Shown: piece by piece, positions 25,501 through 39,719 of the stretch
Numbering within the stretch: position 1 is the stretch's first letter
Layout of the letters: the number at the start of each line of letters is the position of its first letter
Assembly: GCA_964016885.1 (NCBI GenBank)
Contig: OZ024743.1
Span: forward strand, 304,110,001 to 304,174,000
DNA length: 64,000 nt
Source: Eledone cirrhosa
Lineage: Eukaryota
Direction: 5' to 3'
Program-made: the position numbers and the translations under genes
The notes under the pieces: model-generated
Told to the model about the DNA's origin: nothing
Databases searched by the model: none
What the model saw: only the letters and a program-made list of their open reading frames with translations

Positions 25501-28500
25501 GTTTTCTTTATTAACCACAAGTGTTTACACAAAGTAAGGCATTACGGACAATAGAGAACAATACAGGACAATACAGGACGGTACAATTTGGCATTTCTGC
25601 GTGTAAAAAAAAAAGAAGAGAGGATGTAACAAAAAAGAAACAATGAAACATTCCCCAATAGGAGGGAGACTTCCGACGGACATTCGTGGAGAAAGCGCAT
25701 TAAAAAAGCTACGGTGACCCTGACCACCAAGCCAAGTGCCCTCTCCCAGTTTTCCACCTTCAATTTACAGGCACATACTCAGAGTAGGCCCATTCACACG
25801 GGCCATTCTTGCCTCTCTCACCCATATTTCAACAAAATGCTGGGAAGAGAGCACTTCCTTCTCTACCCTCATTTTCCTTTTCAAATGAAATTTTAAAATG
25901 TAAATCAGGACATCACCGAAGAGGGAAGTGCTCGTCTTCAGCCCTTTCAAACGCGTCCACCATACTCTCTCTTTCGCCATGGCCACCAGACAGATGAAAA
26001 TTGCCTGCCTTGCCCGGCTAAAGGAAGAGGCCGGGGCAATCCTCAAGATGGACTCAGCTGATAGCCGGATCCGTCCTACACGCGATAGCAGGTGTTCGAC
26101 ATAAACCCACATGTCAGCAATGCTTGGACACTGGACGAGTGCCTGCAGGACAGTTCGTCACCCTGCGCGCATCTCGGATATGCCCGGGTGACGGCACCTC
26201 CATGCCTGTAGAGTTTATCCCGAACTGGCAAAGCTCCTCGGTAGCACTGCCAGGCCAGGGATTTCTGGAAGTTGTCCATAGGCCCCGTCCCGAAAGTTCT
26301 TCTGAAGAGATTAGCTAGTTGATGTTCGTCGACGCCCAGTGTTTCCCCAAGTACTCGTCGCTCTTCCCTCCACTAATCCTCTATAGAACGCCAAGGTGGA
26401 GGTTCCAGCGATCACATTGCCCGACTAGTCGAGGGCTGTGAGCGCCTGAAGACATTCCAACTCCAAGCGCTCCCTCTCGGTCTTCGCTTGACTCAAGACT
26501 GCATCTCCCTCAAGGAGACGAGCTGGGGAAATACGCGTCTAGCAAACGGCGAGAACACATGATCACCTTCGAGGAAGAAGTGAAGATGTCGTAACCTGTG
26601 CACCTATCTGCGCGTTATCAGCCACGGCACGCCCAACCCTCCACGTAGCGGGTGTTGACAGCAGATGGACCGCCTGACCATCGGAGCACGTCCCTTCCAC
26701 AATAAGCGAAAGAGCAAACGCTCCAGGCAGTCAGGAGGGGCTTAGGACAAGGCACGACGGTCAGGCGGTAGTAGATGACGGACGCTATGTACGCATTCGC
26801 CACCTCCCCTCAACCTTTCAGGGGTAGATTCCTCTTTGTCCATATCTGGGTGAGAGAAGCCACCCTATTGTCACCTCGTCCCAGTGTTTGTCCGTCTAGA
26901 GATCCGGACCGAACCAGACCCCTAGCAATTTAACCGGTCCGTCGGTCCAGCGCCCGACGACGCTGTTGGACGGCACCGACCGGCCTCTTCAGGTGCCGAG
27001 CTGCAGGCCCACTTACGTTTCCTGGTTGATCATTGCTCCTGTCACCGCTTCGTATTCTCTTAGTGTAGTGCCGATTGCCTCGATGTGTTTGGCGTTCGAC
27101 ACCACTACGGTGACATCGTCCGCATATGCTGACACGGTTCTTCAGCATCCTACTTCGCGCGGTACCCCCCCCCCCCAAACGTCTCCAGTTTGTGCAGTAG
27201 TGGCTTGAGAGTCAATATGTACAGGAGGGACGACAGGAGACATCCTTGGCGGACCGAACACATGATGTTGAACGGTTCCGAAAGGTGAGCGTTCACTCTC
27301 ACCACAGACCAGATGTCGCTGTGCATGGCAGCGATACAGCCTCTGAAGACGGGCCCGAAGCCAGCCGCCCTCAGGACTGCCGCCAGATAATGATGGTTGA
27401 CAAGATCTGAATTGATCAAGGACCGTCCCATGCCAGGTTCCCTAGCTACCCTCTCCACAATGTATCGCATAAGGTGGGGGTTGGAATGACGCATGTCTGC
27501 GCCTCTCTCACCAAACTACCAACGCCAAGCGCCAACCAGTTTACGAGCACCTTGGCCAAAATCTTGAACTCTGTGTTTATCAGAGTCATGGTACTGAAAT
27601 TATCTGTTATCCCCCTTGTTCGGAAACTTTCTCAGCAGCGTCAGCGCTCCTCGGCTCACAGAGCTGAACATTCACCCGTTGTGTTGCCAGTTGCAATAGA
27701 CGTCCGCTAAGAGGCCTCCGAACAAGTCTGGCATCTGTACGTAAAGTTAATAGGGCAGACCATCCAAACCAGGCGATTTAACCCTTGAGCAACCAGTCAT
27801 GGCCTCCCGTACTTCAGTGGCTGTTATCGGATTTTTGCAACACTCCGCCTCAGTGGCCGAGAACCGCGGCAGTCCGTCGAGATAGGCACTAAAGTCCATC
27901 CGCTTGCCCCGAACAGCTGAGCGATGTGTCACTGAAAAGCTTCACACATTTGCCCGGGATCGAGTAGCATGCACCCGTCGTGATCCACCAAAAACCGGAT
28001 CATGGTTTTGTTGCCACGACGCGCCACCGCCACTCGGAGCCATTGAACAGCTTTCGTCCCCTCGTGTCTGAGAGTACGCACCCTAGCTCTTACAACGCAG
28101 CCTTCGTGCTTTGCATTGAAGAATTGGTCAAGGGCGAAATTCGCCGCCAGTACGTCGGTCGCGATGCCTTTTCTAAGCGCCTCGTCTAATTTTCTAACTA
28201 GTTCTCCCTCTGCTCCATTTTTTTCTATTGCTAAAGCCTTACTAAACCTAATGGACTCTATACTAATCGCTCCTTTCAGAGCAAACCACCATGTTGACGA
28301 TGGCTTCCGTCAACGCCCGCTTAACTAGTTCGCTAATCCGGTCTCTGTAGGCCTTGCGCGCTAGTAAGGACACGTTTAGCTTCCAGTAGCCGGGTCCGTG
28401 TCTATGAAGTTATCTAATTCAGGCACGCAGACCACGAATGTTATGGTCCGTGTAGCTGACTATCTTGAATTGTGGACAGCCTATGTTAGACCTGTCTATT

Positions 28501-31276
28501 TCCCTACAACATACCCTATGTAGATATGATCTGGATGACCCGATACGGTTTGTCCATGTCCACGTTGGCACATTCGGGAAATCCAGACGGTACCTGTCAG
28601 ACAGTTGAAACCGTCTGAGCAGTTTGCAAGGCTTTTACACCCTCCTCCCCTATCCGCTAATCCCACACAGTCCCAGCGTGCATCTAAGATCCCGTTCCAG
28701 TCGCCCACTAACACTAAAGAGCGGGACTTTCAAAGAAAATTCTCCAGACGCCAGAAGAAATCAGGCCGCCCCGCACCTGTAGGGGCATAGACGGCCACTA
28801 GCCTGAAAGCTTGCCCGCTGGTCACGTCTAGCACCACCATCTTAACTTCTGGATCCAGGAAGATGGCCCGTATGGCGAGATCCAAACCTCTCCGAAAAAG
28901 CAGAGCAACTCCTCACCGCGACTCAGGGCGGCTGCGTACACATTGGTAGCCGCCGAAGATCGGTGCGAAGGCTCGTGCTTCGGAGATTCTGGTCTCGCTG
29001 ATGGCCACCACATCTATGTTTAGTGATCTGAGGTCGTTGATCAGGTGGCCCTGCTTCCATGACGACCCCAGGCCACGCACATTTATGCTGCCTATGAGTT
29101 CATGTTGAAAAGGAGTGGAAAAAGATGGGAAAGACCACTTACCTCCCTTCTTGTAGAGGAAGCATGGTTTATCCATCCTTCGTACTGCTTGTGGTCTCCT
29201 CCGGAAGGATGTCCTTATAAATCCTCCTGGAGAGAGTTTGTCGGATGTCTCCGATGTTCTTGGTAAATTTTTGTGTTAGTGTCGTGTACGTTTTCTGTGT
29301 GATGCGAGTGATTTGTACGTGTGGAGGTGGAGTAAATGTTAAGGGTGTTGTGTGGTCTTTTTCTGTGATGCTGGTGTTGTGTTGGATGTATTGTAATAAT
29401 TGGATGTTGTTCAAATTTAATGCTGTGTAGTGTGTATCGTTTTGGTTGTTTTGTGTTGTTTGCGTTTGATGTGGGTTTGTTTCTGTTTCGCTTTTTGGAG
29501 ATTTTTGTTGTTGGTGATGGTGGTTGTGGGGGTAATGATGGTGATGGTTTTGGTGTTTGTGGTGATGGGGCTGGTGCCATAGCTGTCTTGATCTTTTTTT
29601 GTTTGCTTTTTTGTTTCCACCTGCATTTTGATGTTGGAGGGCGAAGGGAGGAGGTTTTTTTTCTTTTTGGGTGTTCTCTTCTTTTTTTTCTGTTTTCCTG
29701 ATAACATTTCCCACTCCTCCTCATCGTCACAATCTGTCTCCAGTTGGGATAGGTCGTGGAGTGGATAATCCTCCACAGGCGTTGGTTTTGGTTGTCGCGT
29801 GGTGGGTGGTGGAGGCGCTGGTATTAATTCTGACGCGGTGGGTGGTGGTGGTGTTGGTTTTTCTACTGTTGCTGGGTTGTTGTTGCTACAGTTTCTTCTG
29901 ATGTTGCTACTACAGTTGTTGCTGCCATATCTGCTGCTGCTGCTGGTTTTGATGGTAGAGTCATTGGGGTGGGTAAGAGAGGTGGCCTCAACTTTTTAGC
30001 CTGTGGGTAGAAGGCCTTTAGGTGGGTTCCTTCGCCACAAATGACACACCTAGGCCTTCTACTTCAATGATTACGGTGAGGTGGCCATCGTCCTTGAGGT
30101 CTATCACCTCTGGAATTTCCTCAATGTTTTTTTTGGTCCGCTTGGATGAGGATCGCCATCCCAGATCCGGACCAGTCACCTGATTTTCTTTTGTTACCTC
30201 AATTATTTTCTTGTGGACTCGATGCCGACGAGGACGGCAGCCATTAGCTAGGGAATTTTGATGGCCGGCGGAACGTGGGTCACCCTGATCTTCACGAGTC
30301 TCTGGCCACAATAGCTTGGGACGAATGTGAACTTGTCATTTGTTAATGGAATTATGGAGTGCTCTCTGGATACATGTGATGTTCCACAGAACACGTCCAC
30401 GGTTCCATTTTTCTGCCCACGTCTGATGTGGGATTTTTTCGCCCACACAAGTCCCAAAGCTTTTTGTATTTGGGACACAGATGCCCGTTCCACTCGGCGT
30501 AATTTTGTGTTTATCGTCCGATATGGCATGGTGCATAGGCGCCGATGGGCCATTTTATTATATAGGGGGTGGGGTGAGGCTGACCCTGTACACATCATTT
30601 TTTACCATTATTTTAGCTTCATTTAATTCATCGTGGCTTACCTAGATTGTTTCACTTTTCTTGGCTGCTTTTGCAAATGACACATTTTGTTTTGCGCTGG
30701 TGTTGATGATGTTGTTGTTATCCTCATTGTTGTTGTTGTTGTTGTTATTGTTATGTTTAGTTTCAGTTGTAGTGGTGGTGGTGGTGGTGGTGGCGTCACT
30801 GATGTTCGGCGTGCAAGAGTCGATTCTGGGTGAATCCATTTCGATGTCACGAAATAATAATTTTTTGTTTTTTGTTTCTGTTGTCGCTGTGTTTGCAACT
30901 ATTGGTAATGGCAGGAAATGAATGTCTGCATGTGACAAATTTAAATTGTTGCAACTGCTTCTATATTTAGAATTGGCAAGCGTAGTAATGTCTACAAAGT
31001 AGGTGGTGGGAGGTGGTCGTCAGTTAGGAAGGTTATCAGTATTGTATGGCTGACAGCCGTCCACGTTTTATCAAAGAAACTTTTTGTTTGATAATTAAAA
31101 ACATTAAATTTTGGGCTGAAGGCCACACTCTTTTTTAGTGTCCTTTTCAGAAAGCAATATATCGGAATTTACAAACACTTACGAACAAGGATTTTCCATA
31201 ACTAGCAAATTGAAACAACTGCAAACAATAAACATTTGCGGAGCTCACAATAATACGATTTCCTACGTAGGTCGCC
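25501..31276 (-). mobile_element. Tx1-clade LINE, family A copy 2, full-length ends, frameshifted
   Basis: Collinear with 1-4935 (e.g. SINVRGLGSSWKQGHL, ISETR, YADD). 3' end AACACTTGTGGTTAATAAAGAAAAC+(ATT)n. 5' end GGCGACCTACGTAG. Confidence 0.93.
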
Positions 31277-31279
31277 AAT

Positions 31280-31320
<41 letters not shown>
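31277..31320. repeat. (AAT)n tract, the tail of the adjacent SINE
   Basis: Direct reading. Confidence 0.9.
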
Positions 31321-31321
<1 letters not shown>

Positions 31322-31507
31322 TGTTTCTACTTTAGGCACAAGGCCAGCAATTATCCCAGTGCATTACTGGTACTTTATTTTATCGACCCCGTAAGGATGA
31401 AAGGCAAAGTCAACCTCGGCGGGATTTGAACTTAGATCGTAAAGGGACGTAACTATGCTGGAAAGCATGGCATCCGACCCTCTACCGATACTGCCAATCC
31501 GCCGCCC
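31321..31507 (-). mobile_element. tRNA-derived SINE (OK-like), near full length
   Basis: Minus strand GGCGGCGGATTGGCAG (A-box-like), GTTCAAATCCCGCCGAGG (B-box-like) and GGCCTTGTGCCTAAAGTAGAAACAA. Confidence 0.85.
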
Positions 31508-31529
31508 ATCATAATAATAATAATAATAA

Positions 31530-34500
31530 ACAGAACCAAACAGAACCAAAAGATAATGCACAAGATTAACATAATTCTCAAAAACATTATCATCCCAAAC
31601 AAACTAAACATTACTGATTTAAATCATCTCTATTATGCATCGGCTAAAGTCACCACTCACTTATGTGGAGTGAAAATGAAAAAAACAAAGTAATTCCCAC
31701 AATAAATCTACTTGGCAAGAGAACATCAATCGCCAAATAAACCTTCTCCGAATCTGACAAAGAAATTTTAACAAACTATAAAGTAGGTGGACATCTTAAA
31801 CAAACTAAACTTAGAAAATTGAAAAGAAAGTACAGTATAAAATCAACAAGTGAAATAGACATGATGATAGAAATAATCAAGCAAAAATGTCGGCCAAAGC
31901 TGCTCGTATAAGGCGCTTTGAAAAACGATCTAGATTCTATAAGGACAATAATATGTTCAAAAACAACCAAAGAAACTTCTACAGAAAAATTGGTAAGTCA
32001 ACAATAACTGCTAAATCAATACCACCCAATGAGGAAGTGCAAGAATTCTGGGAAAAGATCTGGGCCGAAGAAAAAGTTCATAATATACATGCCCCATGGA
32101 TAGACAGACAAATGAAAGATACAGCTCACCTTGAGGAACAAATATGGGAAAATATAACAGTTGAACAGTTGCGTTTGGCTCTTAGAAAAACCAGCAAATG
32201 GAAATCCCCAGGAAAAGACAAAATACAAATTTTTTGGATAAATGCCTTCACAGAGTCTCATGAGCTGTTAGCCCAAATTTACAATGAAATAGTTAAGGAA
32301 GCAGAAAAGATACCATCATGGCTAGTTAACGGCATTGCATTCCTGCTTCCGAAGAATGATGAGACAAACAATCCCAAAAATTACAGACCGATAACTTGCT
32401 TGACCACAATGTATAAAATTTTAACATCAGTCCTAACTGAATATACATATGACCACCTGATAACAAATGACCTATTTCCCATTGAGCAGAAAGGGTGTAA
32501 ACGAGGCTCATATGGCTGTAAGGATCAGCTTTTGGTTAACAAAATGATACTGGAAGATTGTCATAATAGACACAAATATCTATCAATTGCTTGGATAGAT
32601 TATAAAAAAGCATTCGATAGTTTGCCACACAGTTGGATTGAAAAATGTTTAGACATTTTCAAAATATCTCCCGTTGTCAGGAGGTTTTTGTCGTTCAGTA
32701 TGAAGACATGGAAAACGACACTCCTTTTGAATAGTGAAACAAAATCACTGGAAGCTGGAGAAGTTAATATTAATTGTGGAATTTTTCAGGTTGACTCGTT
32801 ATCAACGCTTTTATTCTGCATACACTTATACCATTAAGTAAAATGCTAAATGAAACAAAACATGGATATAAAGTCTATGACAAAACCATTAATCACTTGT
32901 TCTACATGGATGACCTGAAACTATTTGCAAAAAATGATGAACAATTGCAAGGGCTAATATCCACTGTGGAGCAGTTCAGTGATGACGTTAAAATGGAGTT
33001 TGGACTAGATAAATGCGCCAAAGCAACGTTCACCAGAGGAAAGCTGCTGAAAAGTTCAGACATTAATCTTGATCAAGGGAATGTGATAAGATAACTTGAA
33101 CAAGAGGAAACTTACAAATATCTAGGTGTTTGTGAAGGAGACGGAATCAAGCACTCGACAATGAGGGAAAGGATAATGAAGGAATGTTACCGCAGAGTAA
33201 GAGCAATCTTAAGAACGGAATTGAATGCAAGGAATAGGATCGATGCCATAAATTCTCTTGCCATACCAGTAGTAGCCTACAGTTACAATGTCATCAACTG
33301 GTCAAGCACAGAGATCCGTAGGCTCGATACAAAAATTCGAAAATTCTTAACCATGCACAGTATGCATCACCCTAAGGCAGATACAGATAGAATATATCTC
33401 CCTAGGAAAGAAGGAGGACGTGGGTTAATCCAGTTAGAAATTGCGTTGAAAACTGCAACAATTGGATTATCTACATATCTAAGGGAATCACATGATTGGA
33501 TGATCAAACTCGTTTTGAAACACGAAAGCATCAAAAGATCATACTCCATTACAAAAGATGCACAAAGATACAGTAATGGACTACACATTTCAGAAGTCTC
33601 ATTTACTGCTGAAATGGAAAACACAGAAAAAGCAAAACAGGTAAAAGTTACTGCAAATAAAGAACTGCTACAGAAACTGGCTAAGAAATGGCAAGAAAAG
33701 TCTCTGTATGGAAAATGCCCAGAACGAGCTAACAATCCTGATGTTGACAAAACTTTAACCCATCAGTGGTTGGCATCCTCTGGACTGAAATCGGAGACTG
33801 AAGGACTGATTATATCAGCACAAGATCAGTGTCTGCCAACAAAAAATTACCAAGCCAACATAATAAAAAATGGATCCAGCCCATTATGCCGTGTATGTAA
33901 AAAACAACCAGAGACCATTGACCATATACTTTCAACGTGCAGTCCTATAGCTCCAACCGAATACCTAAACCGGAACGACAGAGCTGCACAATACGTACAT
34001 TAGATAATGTGTAAGCATTTTGACCTGCCCCATCAAAATAATTGGTGGGAGCATCGTCAACCTCCCATACTTTAAAAATATCACATTTCAATATTGTGGA
34101 ACTTTAGCATCCAAACAGTCCGAAAGAAAGATGCAAATAGACCTGATATAATATTGAAGGACTTTAGAAAGAGGATATGCCTGCTAATTGATAAATAGAC
34201 AAGAATGTATCTATAAAAACATTTGAAAATATGAGACCTGGAGATAGAAATTGGAAAAATGTGGAAATTGAGAACTAAAACAATACCAGTGGTTGTAGGC
34301 CCTCTAGGAATGATACCTAAGGGGTCTAATGATTATATAAAAGTAATACAAAAGATAGTACTAATGGGAACTGCCATATACTAACGAAGTTTCTGTCAAT
34401 ATAAGTACATCACAAGTCTAAACACCTAAAGATGCATGTGCGTGTAAGTATAGTCTTTCTTGAACATGGCGGACTTTGTTGACTCTTGAGGTCACTGGTT

Positions 34501-34549
34501 GTGACTTGGTGATACCTTGTATGAACATAAAACAAGATAAATGCAACTG
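31530..34549 (+). mobile_element. R4/Dong-like RLE LINE (second family), 5'-truncated, flanked by (AAT)n
   Basis: ORFs 31887-32837, 32843-33094 (YMDD) and 33161-34003 (CRVC..HILSTC, RND). Decayed RPDII endonuclease at ~34140. AAT tracts at 31511-31529 and 34550-34562. Confidence 0.9.
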
Positions 34550-34561
34550 TAATAATAATAA

Positions 34562-34745
34562 TTGTTTCTACTCTTTGGCACAAGGTCAACACTTACCCCA
34601 GTGCATTATGGTACTTTATTTTATCGACCCCGTAAGGATGAAAGGCAAAGCTAACCTCGGCAGGATTTGAACTCAGAATGACAAGGGCCGTAACTCTATG
34701 CGTCAAAGCACAGCGTCCTACCCTCTACCGATACTGCCAATCCAC
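34562..34745 (-). mobile_element. SINE (OK-like)
   Basis: Homologous to 31321-31507. Confidence 0.85.
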
Positions 34746-34762
34746 TAAAATAATAATAATAA

Positions 34763-34809
34763 TTGTTTCTACTCTTGGCACAAGGACAGCAATTACCCTG
34801 TGCATTACT
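34763..34809 (-). mobile_element. SINE 3' fragment with (ATT)n tail
   Basis: ttgtttctactcttggcacaaggacagcaattaccctgtgcattactg. Confidence 0.75.
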
Positions 34810-35159
34810 GAATACATGACAACACAATCTTTTCTGTTTAATTTTTGGAGTAAATTTAGATAATATATAATGCCATTCCAATATCCTGACTGTAAAATTA
34901 ATTCATAGATTTTATACACCTTAATACATCTATTTATCTAATCCTACTCCTAGCTTTTTTTATTTATTCTTTCTTTTCTTTATTTACCTATCAACGTCTG
35001 TGAATTGTTAAGTGTGAATGTGAGGACAAAAAAAAAAACTATCGAAACTTTCAAAACCAAGAATGCATTCGCTAAGTATCTGGTTTATACTCGGTTGTCA
35101 AAGGAACATAAAGCAAAATCAAAGGGAAGAAGAAGAAGAAGAAGAAGCAGAAGAAGAAG

Positions 35160-36060
35160 AGTTAATGCTATGAATATGTGGGCAGTTGTAGTGGGTCGTT
35201 ATAATGTGTCCAATCTTAAGTGTACTGAAGAAGAAATACCAAAGTTGGATAGAATGACGAGAAAGTTGACATCTTAAGGAGCTTACACACTAAAGCAAAT
35301 ATAGAGAGATTGTATATGAAGGGAAAGAATTATGGTATATATCTCATCAGTGTAGTTTATTGTATATATGGATTGAAAGGAGAGTGGTTGCAGTATATTT
35401 GGTAAAGGGTGGCGATGATTTATTGCAATATGCAGCAGAAGATATGGTAATAAATGCAGATGCAACCGTTGGTAAGGAAAATTTGAACCAGAGAGTTAAA
35501 AAGATGAGTAAAGAAGATCTTCTGGAAATGAGAATGCGTGGTTAGTTTGAATGAAGTACACAAGATGTCTATGATAAAACAACCCCCTGGACACAGTTTA
35601 AGCAAGGTGATTTGACGTGTACCACTAAAAAGATTTATATTTACAGCACAAGGCTAAGCTCTTGCTACATGTTTGGTGAAATATGACACCCACAAAACTT
35701 TCGACACCTAGAAATGCAGTTTCTGTGAAAGGAAAGCGGAAAACGTAACTCATTTGGTAAGTGGATGTGTGAACCAGGTTCCAAAAGAATACATAATAAA
35801 ATTGGTATCTAACTTTCATGGGTTTATGTTGTAAAAACCAATACGAAGTAATAGAGAATTGGTAGGAGCATGAACAGCGTTGTAAAGTAATGCAGATGGT
35901 TGGGAAATTAACGATATTCTGGGATTATGATTTTCAGATTGATTGATTAATTAGTCATTGCCGACCAGACATTGTTTTATTGAACAAGAAAGACAAATTT
36001 GGTCAGATCATTGACGTAGTCAATAACATGAACATATTGCGGAAAGTACTATCTGTCTAT
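35160..36060 (+). mobile_element. Heavily decayed R4/Dong-like 3' remnant
   Basis: Residual motifs KLDRMTRKL, LWDY..Q and RPDIVL..IIDV. Confidence 0.6.
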
Positions 36061-36162
36061 GTTCCTTGACTTTTCAGAGGACTAAATACATCAGTACATT
36101 TCCACCTTCACTGCGTGACCATATAATATTAATGTTTTTTCTTTTGTATCGTTACTCTAGAA

Positions 36163-39119
36163 AAGGGGTCGGCAACCTTTTGGAGAGAGAGGGCCCAACA
36201 TCTATGTCATGGAGGAGGGCCATGTTATTGAATATGTAAATAAATTTTCTGGAGGTTTAAAGCAAAACAAGGAATTTAATATAATTTTATTTTAACAAGG
36301 CCCCTTATTTTACTGCAGGAATAACAAAAGTAAAGAAAAAAAAACTACAAACACATTCAACAAAAAAAAGCAAATTCCTTATTTTACTGCAGGAATAACA
36401 GAAAAACAACTACTATCACAATCAATAAAAAAAAAGCAAATTCCTTACTACAAAGAAATACAGTTAGAAAAGGTAAATTATTTAATGAGACACTTGTTTC
36501 TGCTTATTGTGTAATAAATTCTCCACATCAGGTGAAATATTAGTCGATGACAGGAGCAAAACATCATCCAGGTGGTCGTCACGCAACCTTGTTCTTAAAA
36601 GACTTTTAGTATATTTTATTTTGGAAAAAAGTTGTTCACAGGCATATGTACTTCCAAATAATGATATCATCAGTTTCGCATTAGTCAAGATATTTTTATA
36701 TTTTCCGCTTGGCAATATATATTTCTTGTAGAAGTCAGCAGTGGATTCGAACTGAAATTTCGATTTCAAAGATTCGTCGCACTGTAAGTCAATTAACTCC
36801 AACTGATATTCTTCCGCAACTTGCTCCACATCTGTTAAGGAGTACCAAATAACTTAAATAGAGTTCCATATTGCCGGAGGTTAGCCAAACGAGAGGATAA
36901 CTCGCTTCTCAAATCCTTAATAGAGCTCACAAATATGTCTGGTATTATATCTCTCTTGTGATTTTGGAGACTTGGTTTCCTTTTTGAAGTTGTGATTCCC
37001 AAAGTCGAAGTTTTCTCTCAAAAGCAGTAATTTGACCAAACATCTCAAATACAACCTTGTTCTTTCCTTGAAGGTCAAGATTCAAAGTGTTCATGTGGGT
37101 CGTGATGTCCACTAAAAAAGCTAACTTGACAACCCATTGTGGATCCTGAAAGTAAGAATTATCTTGGTCTTTGCTTTCTAAAAACATAGAAATCTCTTAT
37201 CTCAATGCATATACTCGTTCTATAATTTTTCCGCGGCTAAGCCATCGAACATTTGAAACATATGTAAGGTCGCCATACTCTGCTTCAATTTGTTTTAGAA
37301 ATTCTTGAAACTGGCGTATAAAATTCACTGTTTTCACGACCACTGCGATGATATCCTTAAGGTTCAGTGACTTTGCACATAATGCTTCTTGATGAATAAT
37401 GCAATGAAGTTTGATTAGTTTTTGATCAATACCGATATGGTTTTGAAGCAATGCAACAAATTCCTTTTTCTCTCCAACCATTGTTGGTGCTCCATCTGTG
37501 ATTACTCCAGAAAGCTTTGATAAATCCAGATTCATTTCGGTAATCCATTTTATTATGCTTTCCAAAACATCTGCTCCAGTTCTAGTGTCCTTCATAGGAA
37601 TCAATTGTACACATTCTTCCACAATATCAAATGTTGGTGTTACACCCCTCACAAACACTGCAAGTTGACAAGTATCCTTCATATGTGTGGTTTGATCGAT
37701 AGCAATGCAATAATACTCCAGATTATTTAAAATGCCCTCCAAGCCACTCCTGACATTTGCTGCCAGCTCTTCAATTCGCCTTGTTACTGTTCTTGCCGAT
37801 AAGCTGATCGCAGAAAATAATTCCCTTTTTTCTGGACAAACAACATCTGCTACCTTCAACAATAATTCTTTAAAGAAATCTCCATCAGTAAAAGGTTTCA
37901 TCCTTTCTGCAATTAGTTTTGACATCTCGTAGTTAGCACGAGTGTTTCGCTCACTTTCTTCAACGTTTCTAGTGAAAAAGGATGATTGCTTTGTTACATT
38001 ATTTCTCAGCCGTGCAACATCGTTTACTCGTGCTTTTCCAGTAAAACTGTTGTAATGACTATGACGAGTTTCATAGTGCCATTTAATATTTGAAACTTTC
38101 GTCACGGCAATGGTTTCTTGACAAATTAAGCAAACACATTTTCCGAAGTGTTCAATGAAAAAATAGCTAAGTGTCCAGCCATCGTTAAAAGTTCGGCTCT
38201 CCAAATCCACTTTTCTTTTCTTAGCTTCCATGGACTGGTTTTTGTTCAAACAAAAAGATTTATGGAAAGGAAAAAGAACAAAAAGTATAATAATCAGAAT
38301 GAAGAAATAAGAAACAATGAAAAAAATATAAATGTAAATACAGTAATGCGATAACATATGATAATTGTGAATAAATTATATAAAACCAGGTTTCTGACGA
38401 CGTTGTTAGATCAGGGTTGCCATTTGGTTTTTTTAAACCACTTTTGGCCTAATTCTAATAATAATAATTCACACAATTTATCACAAATAACTAAATAAAC
38501 ATTATTATCGAATAAAGTTACCTACTGTATAGTTGTTATACCACCAGGCAACAAACTCAAATGAAAATACTCTGGGGAGGAGGGAACGAAGTAATTTTTC
38601 CAAGGACAGCTTTACCTTGTGCCGGGGGCACAGGTAAGGTCAGGCAAACAAAGACGACAATAATTCACGAGTGATTTTATTGAATGACAATATGGATATA
38701 AAAGCGAGTCATGCGAACCGTAAGGTAGTATACCTTCCAGTCCCTGACGAAAATGCATACTTCCAGCCAACCTTTGTGTATGTTGACTGGAACAAAAACA
38801 CATACATAAAATCACAGGAAATAATAATACAGGTGACATAATGCTTGGCGGAAAGCCCAGAAAAATATGAATAAGAAGAAATAATAATAAATGGAAAATG
38901 TAATGATGTTACAAAGGTATCTGTAAATATATACGGTATGAGCAGCGATTTGTAATGGGCATCAGGTGGGCACAACCTTGAAGTGAACTACTGTATTCGT
39001 TACTAGTTAGATAATTATCTAATTAGTGGACACTAATTATAATCAGTGTAAGATGGCGGGCCTCACAAAAATCACTCGAGGGCCGGATGTGGCCCGCGGG
39101 CCGGGTGTTTCGACCACTG
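36163..39119 (-). mobile_element. hAT (Buster/Charlie, GTF2IRD2-like) DNA transposon, both ends present
   Basis: Imperfect TIRs (AAGGGGTCGGCAAC / TGTTTCGACCACTG). Perfect 8-bp TSD CTCTAGAA at 36155-36162 and 39120-39127. Subterminal GGCCCGCGGGCC. Confidence 0.92.
36482..38231 (-). pseudogene. hAT transposase (GTF2IRD2/SPIN-like) with a stop and frameshifts
   Basis: BED-like CLIC..HYETRH, AIDQT, TDGAP, HCIIHQEALC, VRWLSRG, LAFLVD and FGSTYACEQLFS. Confidence 0.9.
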
Positions 39120-39719
39120 CTCTAGAACTGTATTGCTAGGTGAAGCGTGTTAATTGGCCTCAGATGAATCCTTGATCCAAGACGTGTTGGTGATGCTAGA
39201 CGTTTGATCCCTGCACCGTTCCCCGTTCTCATAGTGCCTTAAAGGTCTGAATAATAATTGATTTTTTTTTGTATTTCTTTTCCGGCTAAAGTGGAATCTT
39301 GAGGGATCTCAATGTGAATTAGAGTCCATTTTTCGTGGTGCGTATGCTTACAATAATATCAGAGCGGTTGTTTTAGACTTTGTTTGGGCTCTTAATCTCG
39401 GAGTTGCAAAATAACTCTACTCCCTACCCTGATAGGTAGGATTCATGAGGAGCGTGTTAGAACCACTAACATTGCGTTTAGATGGTATGTAATTTGCTAT
39501 ACTCCCAATAGACTCTTTTTCTCTTTTTGGTATATGATCATGCGATGTTTTATATAATCATTTTGCTAATTGCTCACACCCACTACCAATGTGTGCCACA
39601 GATTCGTCTGTTTATGGCATACTCTGCAAAGTGTGGAATAATTCTGTCCATCGATGTTAGCTTTCACCCAATTGGTTCTGAGTGGTTGGTTTTGTGTGGC
39701 AGTAATGATAGCCTCAGGG

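Noticed and set aside
31321-31507. tRNA gene suggested by A/B-box-like motifs
   Set aside because: No complete cloverleaf; the dispersed, diverged copies with a tail indicate a SINE.
38232-38357. Hydrophobic N-terminus of the hAT ORF
   Set aside because: T-rich upstream sequence; homology starts at MEAKKRK (38231).
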